From NCBI GenBank assembly GCA_963803805.1, contig CAWDOD010000004.1:352001-416000 (forward strand): a DNA stretch of 64,000 nt. The letters run 5' to 3'. The position numbers were made by a program, and so were the translations under genes. The first letter of the stretch is position 1; the number at the start of each line of letters is the position of its first letter. The notes beneath the pieces were generated by a model. It was given only the letters and a program-made list of their open reading frames with translations. It did no database searches and was not told the DNA's origin. Source of the DNA: an uncultured cyanobacterium (GTDB lineage: Bacteria > Cyanobacteriota > Cyanobacteriia > Cyanobacteriales > CAWCAG01). Below, piece after piece: positions 50,474 to 59,984 of the stretch.

Positions 50474-51973
50474 ATGTCCAAGACATCTTCACAGTTTAAA
50501 TTCCTTCGCTGCCTAGTTTTGTGTATCGGGTTTATCGCTAGCCCTAGCAGTGTATTGGCTCAAATCGCTGGATTGCAAGCTAATGAGCTAACAGATATAC
50601 CAGACAATGATTATGAGGTAGACTCCGTTGAAATTGAGGAGAATAGTCCTAGCGATCGCCCACTTTCTGAATCGGGAGAACTCACCTTTGAATTTATTAC
50701 TCCCCAGAGTACTGACTCAACTGATACAGACACAGCTATAGACACCAAAACTGAAAGCGAAGATGGGATTGTTATTGATCAAGACAATACTGATCAACAG
50801 ATAGCCCAGAAAAAGTCGAAGAAAAAGAGTAAGAAATTTAAAAAGGGTAAGAAGTTTAAGAAATACTGTAGCCTCTTTTTTGAAGGCAAGGTTACTAAGG
50901 GTGCAGAATTTACCGCTACAGGCAATTTTAGCTCTGCTACATTAATCCAGGTTTTTGACGACGAAGCGGCTTACCTATCTGGGGCTTCAGCAATACAAAC
51001 TATCGAGTACTCAACCGCTTCTACCGAGGTTATCTCTGTTGGCGATCAAATTGGTAGCTTAAGCGTTAAGACATCTCAGACAGAGCAACTCACCTTTCAA
51101 TATCTTTCTGCAACCGATACTGACTATACAGATGTGGTGATTGGGCAAACAGACAAGGGATATGGGGCTGTATCTGGCATTGTTGATGCCGATGACGAGT
51201 CTTACGTTGTTGTATCTGACGGCAGGAAAGGCAAAAAGTGCAAGAAATTCAAGCGGGTAAGAAAGTGCAAAAAGGGAGCTAAACTTGCTGTTCAAGGAAA
51301 TATTGCTGCCGGAGGTGAATTTATCGAAGCGGTAGATTGTAGCTCTGACACACTCGTGCAAATTTTTGATGATGCACCGGAGTTCATCTTTCCTGATGTT
51401 CGTAAGAGCTACTGGGCTAGTCGTTTTATCTATCGGCTATCTTCCCTACAAATTGTGCAAGGTTTTCCGGATCGAGACTTCTTACCTGAGGCTGGCATAA
51501 CCCAAGCGCAGTTTGCTGCAATTGTTAGCAACGCCTTTAATGTCTCTCGAATCAGGCAGGCGACTGTAGTGGAAAGCATTTCCAGAGACTACTGGGCCCA
51601 CGGATATCTTCAAAACGCTTATTCAATGGGCTTCATCGACATCACTAGCAATAATTTCAATGTCGGGCAACGCCTCACTAAGCTAAATGTATTGACTTCA
51701 ATTGCCAAAGGGTTGGGATACACGCAAATAACTTCTGGCAGAAGCGTTGAAGATATCTTAAGTATCTTCAGCGATGGCAATAACATCCCTGCTAGCGATC
51801 GCATTTACATTGCCGCCTTAGTTGAAAAGGGTATTCTCGTAAACTACCCCAACCTCAACACCCTGAATATTAACCAAGTCATTTCACGGGCTGAAACCTG
51901 CGCCATCGTGCATCAAGCCCTAGTAAGTATGGGACAATTTGAGAGTATCAGCTCCGACTATATCGCCCAGTAG
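50474..51973 (+). CDS. Secreted S-layer homology (SLH) domain protein with acidic and Lys-rich segments
   Basis: Signal peptide from MSKTSS; FPDV..SYWA...GFPD..F.PE..IT.AQFA SLH repeats at the C-terminus; the longer ORF-track start overlaps a REP-like half site. Confidence 0.85.
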   Translation: MSKTSSQFKFLRCLVLCIGFIASPSSVLAQIAGLQANELTDIPDNDYEVDSVEIEENSPSDRPLSESGELTFEFITPQSTDSTDTDTAIDTKTESEDGIVIDQDNTDQQIAQKKSKKKSKKFKKGKKFKKYCSLFFEGKVTKGAEFTATGNFSSATLIQVFDDEAAYLSGASAIQTIEYSTASTEVISVGDQIGSLSVKTSQTEQLTFQYLSATDTDYTDVVIGQTDKGYGAVSGIVDADDESYVVVSDGRKGKKCKKFKRVRKCKKGAKLAVQGNIAAGGEFIEAVDCSSDTLVQIFDDAPEFIFPDVRKSYWASRFIYRLSSLQIVQGFPDRDFLPEAGITQAQFAAIVSNAFNVSRIRQATVVESISRDYWAHGYLQNAYSMGFIDITSNNFNVGQRLTKLNVLTSIAKGLGYTQITSGRSVEDILSIFSDGNNIPASDRIYIAALVEKGILVNYPNLNTLNINQVISRAETCAIVHQALVSMGQFESISSDYIAQ

Positions 51974-51978
51974 CAATA

Positions 51979-52100
51979 GTAGAGCGGGTTAGGTGGCAAA
52001 TTCAACCTGAAGGATAACTAACTAATCTTCATGCCCCCGTAACCCACCAATACCGAAACAGGTGAACGGTGGGTTACGCCTACGGCTAACGCCACCCTAC
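51979..52100. repeat. GTAG-ended REP-doublet-like element
   Basis: Outer IR GTAGAGCGGGTTAG / CTAACGCCACCCTAC, inner IR CGTAACCCACC / GGTGGGTTACG. Confidence 0.7.
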
Positions 52101-52178
52101 GAAATAAAGTACAACTTTTATCGTCAGGACGGTCAGGAAAACTTGATACGTCCTGCTTTTTCAATCCCCAAAATACTG

Positions 52179-54110
52179 ATGTCTAATCTCTCAATTCAGG
52201 TTTATAAAAATCTCAATTCGAGTCACTCGCCAGAAATTCGTTTACCGACAAACCTACCCCCATCAGACTTAATCAATCCCGTCTTAATCAAAACTGCCCA
52301 AGACTTGTTTACTGAAAATGGTGTTCTTGTTATTAAGGATCTCTTTGCCAAAGACTTGATTGCTGAACTAAATCAATCATTTTCTGAGCAATACAACCCT
52401 TACTTTGAAGATAAAAATCACGCAGATGCCTTAGAAGTCGGCGTTAAGCGGAAAATGATCACCATCAATTTTCAGGCTCCCTTCAACAACCGGGACTTGT
52501 ATGGCAATCCCTTCTTAATGCACTTAATGAAAGCCTTACTGGGGAAGGATTTTATTCTCGGTAGTTTTGGCGCTGTCATCGCTCTTCCAGGGGCTGAACA
52601 ACAACACATTCACCAAGATCACCCAGCCCTATTTGCAGATGAGGCTTTGGCTCTGCAACTACCTAGTTTTGCCATCACCGTTGTTGTTCCCCTAATTGAT
52701 TTGACACCAGCTACGGGATCTACCCAAGTGTGGAAAGGTAGTCATCGCCTCTCCCCCTCAGAAGAATTGGAGGATAAAAAATCATCGGTTCCCTTTGTGT
52801 CAACCGGATCTTGTTACTTAATGGACTATCAACTCTGGCATGGAGGAACACCGAACATTTCCCACCAGGTACGTCCCATTCTCTATATAGTCTACTATCG
52901 CTCTTGGTTTCAAGAAACTGTTAATTACGACAACCAAGCCCGCGTCTCTATTACCCAAAGTGAGTATCAAAAAATACCGGAAACCCATAAGTTTCTCTTT
53001 GCTAGACTTCAGGAGTTTTTTCAATTCAGTCAACTTGACAATCTCCAGGAAAATGCTCAGCTTCCTTCCCAAGAGCAAAGTCAATTAACCGCATCTGAAC
53101 AAGCCGAGAGTTTAAGCGAAATTGCTAAGCAAGCTCTCACTAAATATGGATTTAAGCAGGCTTCACTACAACTAATTTCTAACGGCGAAAATACGGTTTT
53201 TGCTGTTGATGCACCTAATGCACCTATCCCTCAACAAAATTGCTATTCACCTTCTCGCTTTGCTTTAAGGATTCATCGCCCCAACTATCTACCCCTTGAG
53301 GCTATCGACTCAGAATTACGCTGGCTACAATTCCTAACCCAAGAGGCAAAACTACCCGTCCCTCAGCCAATACCAACCTTAGAAGGCAAACTCTGTACCT
53401 TAATCAAAGTTCAGGGAGTGAGCCAGCCTCGCGTCTGCTCCTTAACTCGATGGTTAAAGGGTAATTCACCTTTAGAGCAAGAAGAGTCACAACTCCTCCA
53501 ATTTGAGTCTGTTGGTCGCCTTTTAGGGCAATTGCATTACTATGCTGAACATTGGTCGAAACCAGAAGGTTTTACTCGACCACATTGGGATTGGAATGGT
53601 TTATTTGGAAACATGGCGGGCTACAGCAATGATGGAGAGAGAGTTTGGCAGTTAACCCCGCAACCCTATAAAAACCTATTTGCAAATGTGAGCCAACAAT
53701 TCCAAAAAACCGTTGCTTTGTTAGAAAAAGATCCCAGTCAGTTTGGTTTGATTCATGGGGACTTTTGGGCAGGAAATCTGCTGATTCATGGGCAGGAAAT
53801 AGGGGTTATTGACTTTGCTGATTGTGGTTTTGGTTATTGGATCTATGATGTAGCTAGATTTTTAAATGACTTTGTAGCAGAGGCTGACTTCCCTTTGTAT
53901 TTAGATAAGCTTTTATACGGCTACAACCAGATCAAACCCTTCCCAGAAGTACAGTTGCCCCATCTTAATACTTTTATTGCGGCTCAATATGCAGCCTATG
54001 GTTTGTGGCAAGTGAATCGCGCCCAAGATCATCCTTCTTTCCGGGCTACGTTAGAAGAAGAGTTAGCAGATACGGCTATGTGGATTGAGCAGCTTATGGC
54101 AATGGGTTAG
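52179..54110 (+). CDS. PhyH-type Fe(II)/2OG dioxygenase fused to an APH/RdoA-like phosphotransferase
   Basis: HQD and WHGGTPN...RPILY in the N-half; GENTVF, LRIHR, HGDFWAGN, IDFAD in the C-half; ATG 52179 is preferred over the start inside the repeat. Confidence 0.88.
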   Translation: MSNLSIQVYKNLNSSHSPEIRLPTNLPPSDLINPVLIKTAQDLFTENGVLVIKDLFAKDLIAELNQSFSEQYNPYFEDKNHADALEVGVKRKMITINFQAPFNNRDLYGNPFLMHLMKALLGKDFILGSFGAVIALPGAEQQHIHQDHPALFADEALALQLPSFAITVVVPLIDLTPATGSTQVWKGSHRLSPSEELEDKKSSVPFVSTGSCYLMDYQLWHGGTPNISHQVRPILYIVYYRSWFQETVNYDNQARVSITQSEYQKIPETHKFLFARLQEFFQFSQLDNLQENAQLPSQEQSQLTASEQAESLSEIAKQALTKYGFKQASLQLISNGENTVFAVDAPNAPIPQQNCYSPSRFALRIHRPNYLPLEAIDSELRWLQFLTQEAKLPVPQPIPTLEGKLCTLIKVQGVSQPRVCSLTRWLKGNSPLEQEESQLLQFESVGRLLGQLHYYAEHWSKPEGFTRPHWDWNGLFGNMAGYSNDGERVWQLTPQPYKNLFANVSQQFQKTVALLEKDPSQFGLIHGDFWAGNLLIHGQEIGVIDFADCGFGYWIYDVARFLNDFVAEADFPLYLDKLLYGYNQIKPFPEVQLPHLNTFIAAQYAAYGLWQVNRAQDHPSFRATLEEELADTAMWIEQLMAMG

Positions 54111-54153
54111 TGAAATTAGTCTTGTCGCTTTCTTTTCGAGAATTGTTAAACTC

Positions 54154-54450
54154 TTAATTCAAACCAAGTTCGCTCATAAGTTGCTGATGAGTAATGTTCT
54201 TACTAGAGCGGCTGTTGGTTTTTCGCTTCAACTCGTTATCAGGAATATCTTTCAGGGTCAATACTGGTAACTTCAACGCTTCTTGGAAAGACTTGATATC
54301 TTCTACTAACTCTGGAAAAGTGCGCCCTGAAGGTTCAATGGCTTTAGCGCTACAGGCTGTGATAGAGCCATCTTCAGCGTAGAAAACTTCGCGAATAATA
54401 TAATCGCCATCCGCCTCTTGAAAAACCCGATAATTCCAAGTTATAGTCAT
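54154..54450 (-). CDS. Hypothetical protein (WNYRV N-terminus), candidate antitoxin
   Basis: Start overlaps the relE stop by 4 nt, RBS GGAGG; tail NITHQQLMSELGL. Confidence 0.65.
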   Translation of the reverse strand: MTITWNYRVFQEADGDYIIREVFYAEDGSITACSAKAIEPSGRTFPELVEDIKSFQEALKLPVLTLKDIPDNELKRKTNSRSSKNITHQQLMSELGLN

Positions 54451-54704
54451 AATTCCTCCTGTTGTCCCCTAAAGAAAAAGTTGTTACGCTGTTTTTCTCC
54501 AACTCGTTGGATTTCTACAACTGTTATCTTCTCCACAACATTATATAAAACTCTAAATTTACCAATTCTTAGTTCCCATTCTGCAAAACTATTTGGTCGC
54601 ATTGGTTTACGGTTGCGAGTTTCAACAGTTGGCTCGTAGCTGAGTTGTACATCTACGTTTTCGAGTATTTCTTTCTGTTCATGCTTAGGAAAATGCTTGG
54701 TCAA
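54447..54704 (-). CDS. relE: RelE/ParE-family toxin, probably N-terminally truncated
   Basis: QLSYEPTVETRNRKPMRPN...WELRIGKFRVLYNV; weak TTG start, first strand missing. Confidence 0.75.
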   Translation of the reverse strand: MTKHFPKHEQKEILENVDVQLSYEPTVETRNRKPMRPNSFAEWELRIGKFRVLYNVVEKITVVEIQRVGEKQRNNFFFRGQQEEL

Positions 54705-54814
54705 TGGCTATTTAATGAATATGCAGGAGAAACTGCGGTGCTAAAATTAATTTCAGTGGAATTTTCAATACTTTTGTCAGAACTTTACGATAAGGTAAAT
54801 TTTGAAACTTCTGA

Positions 54815-55342
54815 ATGATTTACAAGCACTTTAATTTGCTGCTACGGCAAGTCCTTGACGTTTGTGAGTTTTCTGGAACCGTAACAATATTTGGTATGAA
54901 AGTAGTTTTGTCATCTAAAACGGTTATCTTTGCTATAAGACTCAATGATAAATATCATATTGGATTAGAACTAGAAAGTAGACGCTACATTCATAATTTC
55001 CCATTTAAGACGCTGCTAGATGCAGTAGATTTTGCTTTCAGGGTATTAGAAGCGGGAGGAGTAGATTTGCAGTATTGGGAAATAGCTGATGAGTACGATT
55101 TATGGGATCAATTTTTGATTCGTGATTATGATAAAAAAGATCGAAATTATAAAGCGCATATTTGGGATGGGCTTGATACATTGTGCAAAATGTGGAGTAC
55201 TGGTGGACTTGGATACAAATATGATCTTTTCAAGACTGATTTGAATAGAGATATTTGTACTATGTGCTTTAACAAATTGAGGCGGAATTCAACGAAACTA
55301 TTTAAACTAAAGGGGTCAAATAATGAATACAGCCAAAATTAG
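54815..55342 (+). CDS. Hypothetical protein with C-terminal His/Cys cluster
   Basis: AHIWDGLDTLCKMWSTGG...ICTMC; true start uncertain. Confidence 0.55.
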   Translation: MIYKHFNLLLRQVLDVCEFSGTVTIFGMKVVLSSKTVIFAIRLNDKYHIGLELESRRYIHNFPFKTLLDAVDFAFRVLEAGGVDLQYWEIADEYDLWDQFLIRDYDKKDRNYKAHIWDGLDTLCKMWSTGGLGYKYDLFKTDLNRDICTMCFNKLRRNSTKLFKLKGSNNEYSQN

Positions 55343-55577
55343 TACTGATGGCAACCATCAAATCGTCATATTACCCGAAGATTTCAAAATGTCAGGTACA
55401 GAAGTTTACATTAAAAAAGTGGGCAATGCGATTGTTCTTATTGCCAAAGATAATCCCTGGCAAGCTCTTTTTGAAAGCTTAGAGCAATTTTCTGATGATT
55501 TCCTGACAACTAGAGAGCAACCTCCTATCGATGTCCGACATAACTCTATCTTTTCTTTAGGAGTAGAAAATTGTTAA
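55323..55577 (+). CDS. vapB: AbrB-type VapB/VagC antitoxin, no cognate toxin downstream
   Basis: MNTAKISTDGNHQIVILPEDFKMSGTEVYIKKVGNAIVL...FSDDFLTTREQP. Confidence 0.85.
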   Translation: MNTAKISTDGNHQIVILPEDFKMSGTEVYIKKVGNAIVLIAKDNPWQALFESLEQFSDDFLTTREQPPIDVRHNSIFSLGVENC

Positions 55578-55816
55578 ACTAGCGATCGCCTTTAAGTAAA
55601 CGATCAGGATCTAAAAATCTCTAGCACCTAGAGGTTTTAGCTGGTTTGACTACCGTGGCGAAGATACAGGCTATGGTAGTTGGTGCGTAATATAACCAAA
55701 GACAGAGCAATCTAAGCTTTCCTTGGGTAAAAATTAAGGATCGGACATATTTTTAGGTTAACCTACAGGCTGAGCCAAAAAGTAACCTTATAACCGATTA
55801 GGAGCCTAGCATAAAA

Positions 55817-58795
55817 GTGGTTGCTCAACTAACTGACCAAGACTACGAAACAAAAACCCAAGAAATCGCCAAACAGCTTTTACAAGCGACTAGAGATAAG
55901 CCTTCTCTGTTTGCCCAAGTACGTAATCAAATGCGTTGGGATGATAAACTTCTTGATTGGGCTATGGCTAACCCCAACTTGAGGGTACAGTTATTTCGCT
56001 TCATTGACTGTTTACCAGCATTGCGTAGTAAAAGCGAGATTGCCCGACATTTACAAGAGTATTTGGGTGATGAGTCAGTCGAGTTGCCCTCTGCATTGAA
56101 AGGTATCCTCAACTTTAGTGATCCTAACTCTCCCCCTGCCCAATTAGCAGCGGCTACGGTGACTAAAGCTGTGGAAACTTTAGCTTTTAAGTATATTGCT
56201 GGGGAAAATATTAAGCAAACTGTTAAAACTATTGAACGCCTGCGGAAAGAGAAGATGGCTTTTACCATCGATCTGTTGGGAGAAGCTGTTATTACTGAGG
56301 CTGAGGCGGAGTCGTACTTACAAAGCTACTTAGAATTACTCGAACAGTTAACCCAAGCGGCGCAAAATTGGTCAACGGTGGAACAGATTGATGTGGCTGA
56401 TGGGGAAGCTTTGCCGAAGGTGCAAGTATCCGTTAAGCTGACAGCTTTTTATTCCCAATTTGATCCCCTTGATCCCCAAGGTAGCAAAGAAAGAGTCTGC
56501 GATCGCATTCGTATTCTCCTTCGTAGGGCGAAGGAGTTGGGGGCTGCTGTTCATTTTGATATGGAACAGTATGTTTATAAGGATATGACTTTGGCTATCC
56601 TGAAAGAGTTGTTGGTAGAAGAGGAGTTTCGTCAGCGTAGTGATATTGGCGTAACTTTACAAGGCTATTTACAAGATTCCAAGGCGGATTTAGAAGAATT
56701 AATTGCCTGGGCGAAAAAACGTGGTTGTCCTGTGACGGTGCGTTTGGTTAAAGGAGCCTATTGGGACCAAGAAACCATTAAATCAATCCAACATGGTTGG
56801 CAACAGCCTGTGTACAACGATAAAGCTGCCACTGATGCTAACTTTGAGGCTATGGTACAGCTATTGTTAGAAAACCACGAGTATTTATCTGCCGCAATCG
56901 GTAGTCATAATGTGCGATCGCAGGCTAAAGCAATGGCCATCGCCGAGACTTTGCAGATTCCTCGCCGCCGTTTTGAAATGCAAGTCCTTTATGGTATGGG
57001 AGATCAATTAGCTAAAGCTTTGGTGAAACGAGGACATCGAGTGAGGGTTTACTCTCCCTACGGTAAGCTTCTCCCCGGCATGGCTTATTTAATTCGTCGT
57101 TTATTGGAAAATACGGCCAATAGTTCTTTCCTACGGCAGAATTTGGAACAACGTCCCATTGAAGAATTAGTTGCCCCGCCCCAACCAGAAGAACATGACA
57201 GCCTCCAACCTGCTAACCTCCAACCTTTTGCCAACGCTGCCGATACCGACTATGCCGAAATTAATCAGCGTCAAGCTGCTAAGGAAGCTTTAGCCCAGGT
57301 ACAACAATCTTTAGGCAAAACCTACTTACCCTTAATTAACGGGGAATATGTTCAAACCCTAGATACTATAGACTCCGTTAACCCTTCTAAACCCCAAGAA
57401 GTTATTGGGGTTGTGGGGCAAATTTCTGTTGAACAAGCAGCAGAAGCTATGGAGGCAGCTAAGGAAGCTTTTCCTAGTTGGCAACAAACCCCTGTAACAG
57501 AAAGGGCCGCGATTTTGCGCCAAGCAGCCCAGTTAATGGAACAACGGCGACATGAACTCTCTGCTTGGGTGAGTTTAGAAGTTGGTAAGATTTTGCCCCA
57601 AGCTGATGCAGAAGTCTCTGAAGCTATTGATTTTTGCCGCTACTATGCTGAGGAGATGGAAAGGTTAGATCAAGGTTATGAATATGATTTAGCTGGGGAA
57701 ACTAACCGCTACTTTTACCAACCGCGAGGCATTGCTGTAGTTATTTCTCCTTGGAATTTCCCTATCGCTATTGCTACAGGAATGGCTGTTGCTGCTTTGG
57801 TGACAGGAAACTGTACTTTGCTTAAGCCTGCTGCCCCATCTTCGGTGATTGCAGCTAAGATAACTGAAATCCTCGTTGAAGCAGGCATTCCCCCAGGAGT
57901 ATTTCAATATGTTCCTGGTAAGGGTTCTACTGTAGGAGATTATTTAGTTAAGCATCCTGATACTCACCTCATTGCTTTCACCGGTTCCCAAGAAGTCGGT
58001 TGTCGTATCTATGCCGATGCCGCAGTATTGCAACCGGGGCAAAAACATCTTAAGCGAGTTATTGCTGAGATGGGGGGCAAAAATGCTGTTATTGTTGATG
58101 AGAGTGCTGATTTAGATCAAGCTGTTGCAGGAATTGTGCAATCTGCTTTCGGTTATACAGGGCAGAAATGTTCTGCTTGTTCGCGGGTAATAGTTTTAGA
58201 ATCTGTATACGACAGCTTCTTAAGCCGGTTAGTAGAAGCAACTCGTTCCCTGAATATTGGTAAGGCAGAAGATCCTAGCACTCAAATTGGCCCTGTGGTG
58301 GATGACAAAGCAAGGCAGGGTATTTTAGCTTATATCGCTAAAGGGAAAGAAGAAGCAGAGGTTGCCCTAGAAGTAGATGTTCCCGATGAAGGTTATTTTG
58401 TCAGTCCAACAATTTTCACCAAAGTTGACCCTGATGCAACTATAGCCCAAGAAGAAATTTTTGGCCCAGTGGTTGCAGTGATTAAGGTGGAAAGCTTTGC
58501 GGCTGCTTTAGATGTGGCTAATGGGACTAACTACGCCCTAACTGGGGGTTTATATTCCCGTACTCCTTCCCATATCGATAGGGCGAATAAGGAGTTTGCT
58601 GTCGGCAACCTCTACATTAACCGCAATACAACCGGGGCGATTGTTTCCCGCCAACCCTTTGGTGGCTTCAAACTTTCCGGTGTCGGTTCCAAAGCCGGAG
58701 GGCCAGATTATCTTTTACAATTCCTTGAACCTCGTACAGTGACTGAAAATGTTCAACGTCAGGGATTTGCCCCCATTGAAGGAGTAGACGCTTAA
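55817..58795 (+). CDS. putA: Bifunctional proline dehydrogenase / P5C dehydrogenase
   Basis: DLLGE, RLVKGAYWD, YLIRRLLEN, ISPWNFP, AEMGGKN, GQKCSACS, EEIFGP. Confidence 0.96.
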   Translation: MVAQLTDQDYETKTQEIAKQLLQATRDKPSLFAQVRNQMRWDDKLLDWAMANPNLRVQLFRFIDCLPALRSKSEIARHLQEYLGDESVELPSALKGILNFSDPNSPPAQLAAATVTKAVETLAFKYIAGENIKQTVKTIERLRKEKMAFTIDLLGEAVITEAEAESYLQSYLELLEQLTQAAQNWSTVEQIDVADGEALPKVQVSVKLTAFYSQFDPLDPQGSKERVCDRIRILLRRAKELGAAVHFDMEQYVYKDMTLAILKELLVEEEFRQRSDIGVTLQGYLQDSKADLEELIAWAKKRGCPVTVRLVKGAYWDQETIKSIQHGWQQPVYNDKAATDANFEAMVQLLLENHEYLSAAIGSHNVRSQAKAMAIAETLQIPRRRFEMQVLYGMGDQLAKALVKRGHRVRVYSPYGKLLPGMAYLIRRLLENTANSSFLRQNLEQRPIEELVAPPQPEEHDSLQPANLQPFANAADTDYAEINQRQAAKEALAQVQQSLGKTYLPLINGEYVQTLDTIDSVNPSKPQEVIGVVGQISVEQAAEAMEAAKEAFPSWQQTPVTERAAILRQAAQLMEQRRHELSAWVSLEVGKILPQADAEVSEAIDFCRYYAEEMERLDQGYEYDLAGETNRYFYQPRGIAVVISPWNFPIAIATGMAVAALVTGNCTLLKPAAPSSVIAAKITEILVEAGIPPGVFQYVPGKGSTVGDYLVKHPDTHLIAFTGSQEVGCRIYADAAVLQPGQKHLKRVIAEMGGKNAVIVDESADLDQAVAGIVQSAFGYTGQKCSACSRVIVLESVYDSFLSRLVEATRSLNIGKAEDPSTQIGPVVDDKARQGILAYIAKGKEEAEVALEVDVPDEGYFVSPTIFTKVDPDATIAQEEIFGPVVAVIKVESFAAALDVANGTNYALTGGLYSRTPSHIDRANKEFAVGNLYINRNTTGAIVSRQPFGGFKLSGVGSKAGGPDYLLQFLEPRTVTENVQRQGFAPIEGVDA

Positions 58796-58848
58796 GAGTA
58801 TTTTGCGTATAAAATTGGCTCTTCTGTAGAAAGTAAAGTATATAGCTA

Positions 58849-58985
58849 GTAGGGTAGGCAAAATGAATAAGTAAAATCAGCATCAAATATTCGTCTATTA
58901 TTGCCCACCAGAATTAACTGGGTAATGGTGGGCAATAATAATATTTTTGTTGATTAAACTTATCTAAAACATTTGCCCAGCCTAC
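58849..58985. repeat. GTAG-ended REP-doublet-like element
   Basis: Outer IR GTAGGGTAGGCAAA / TTTGCCCAGCCTAC, inner IR TTATTGCCCACCA / TGGTGGGCAATAA. Confidence 0.75.
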
Positions 58986-59045
58986 TTTCTTATCTGGGAT
59001 ATAAATTCAGGAATAAAGTTTACTACTCTTTCGGGTCATCTATCA

Positions 59046-59924
59046 ATGCCTATATTCACTATTTTTGCTAATATTGCCGCCCCCACTATTGTTACCAGGA
59101 CAGGAAATATCTTTGCTGTTCTTAGTATTATTCCCCTTGAATGCTTAGTTTTATGGTTATTATTTCATTATTTTTTTAAGATTAAAATTGGTATTCCCAG
59201 GCTATTAATTACAGTCATTGTTGCCAACATTATCACTTCAATTATTGGTGTTCCTTTCGCTTTTAATAATTCTTTCGCCAATAGCGCAGGAAGCGCCATA
59301 ATGATTCTCCCTTTGCTTTTTGCCTTTACTTGGTTCATTGAAGGAATTATTTACCTTCCCCTGTTAAAAAGCAAAAATAACAAACCTTCTAAAGGCAAGT
59401 TACGAATAGCATCTCTACTAGCTAATTTAGCCAGTTACACCCTTTTTCTCTTTGTTTTGCTACCTGTTAGTTCTAAGGTTGATTCATTCACTCAGCTTAA
59501 TCCTAAACGGGCTGAGAGAGAGGTAAAGATGGCTCTTTTTAGCACTCTAGGATACCAAAAGGAGTTTTATGCAAATAACTCCCAATTTGCTAAAAACTTT
59601 GAAGAATTGCCTGGTTCTCCTCAACCTTATGTTCCTGATAAAAGCTTTGTTCCAACGGAGAATAAGCTTGAGAATAAATTCCACAAATTCGCAGTTAATA
59701 GCGACTCGGAAAAAGCAACAATTACAGCAACAGCAAAAGTTGATTATCTTAACAGTTATACAGGAATTATCTTTGTGGTTAAAGATGGAGAGAAATCTGA
59801 ATTTATTACAGGTATTTGTAAAACAGATCAACCTTCAACAATACCTCCTCAATCTGTTCAACTAAAAGATGAGCAAATAAACTGTCCGTCTGGCTCATCA
59901 TTTTTAGTGGCATCACCTTTTTAA
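59046..59924 (+). CDS. Multi-TM protein with C-terminal type IV pilin-like G/H domain
   Basis: About 4 TM; QKEFYANNSQFAKNFEEL...ATITATAK..LNSYTG...GICKT...CPSGS. Confidence 0.75.
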   Translation: MPIFTIFANIAAPTIVTRTGNIFAVLSIIPLECLVLWLLFHYFFKIKIGIPRLLITVIVANIITSIIGVPFAFNNSFANSAGSAIMILPLLFAFTWFIEGIIYLPLLKSKNNKPSKGKLRIASLLANLASYTLFLFVLLPVSSKVDSFTQLNPKRAEREVKMALFSTLGYQKEFYANNSQFAKNFEELPGSPQPYVPDKSFVPTENKLENKFHKFAVNSDSEKATITATAKVDYLNSYTGIIFVVKDGEKSEFITGICKTDQPSTIPPQSVQLKDEQINCPSGSSFLVASPF

Positions 59925-59984
59925 GGTCTAAAAACATTCTGGCAAAGCGGCTCTACATCTAGTAGTAAATTAATTAAAACAAAA

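Noticed and set aside
55625-55816. Hairpin and TAGGTTAACCTA palindrome upstream of putA
   Set aside because: No match to a riboswitch or operator I can name; a single short palindrome is expected by chance
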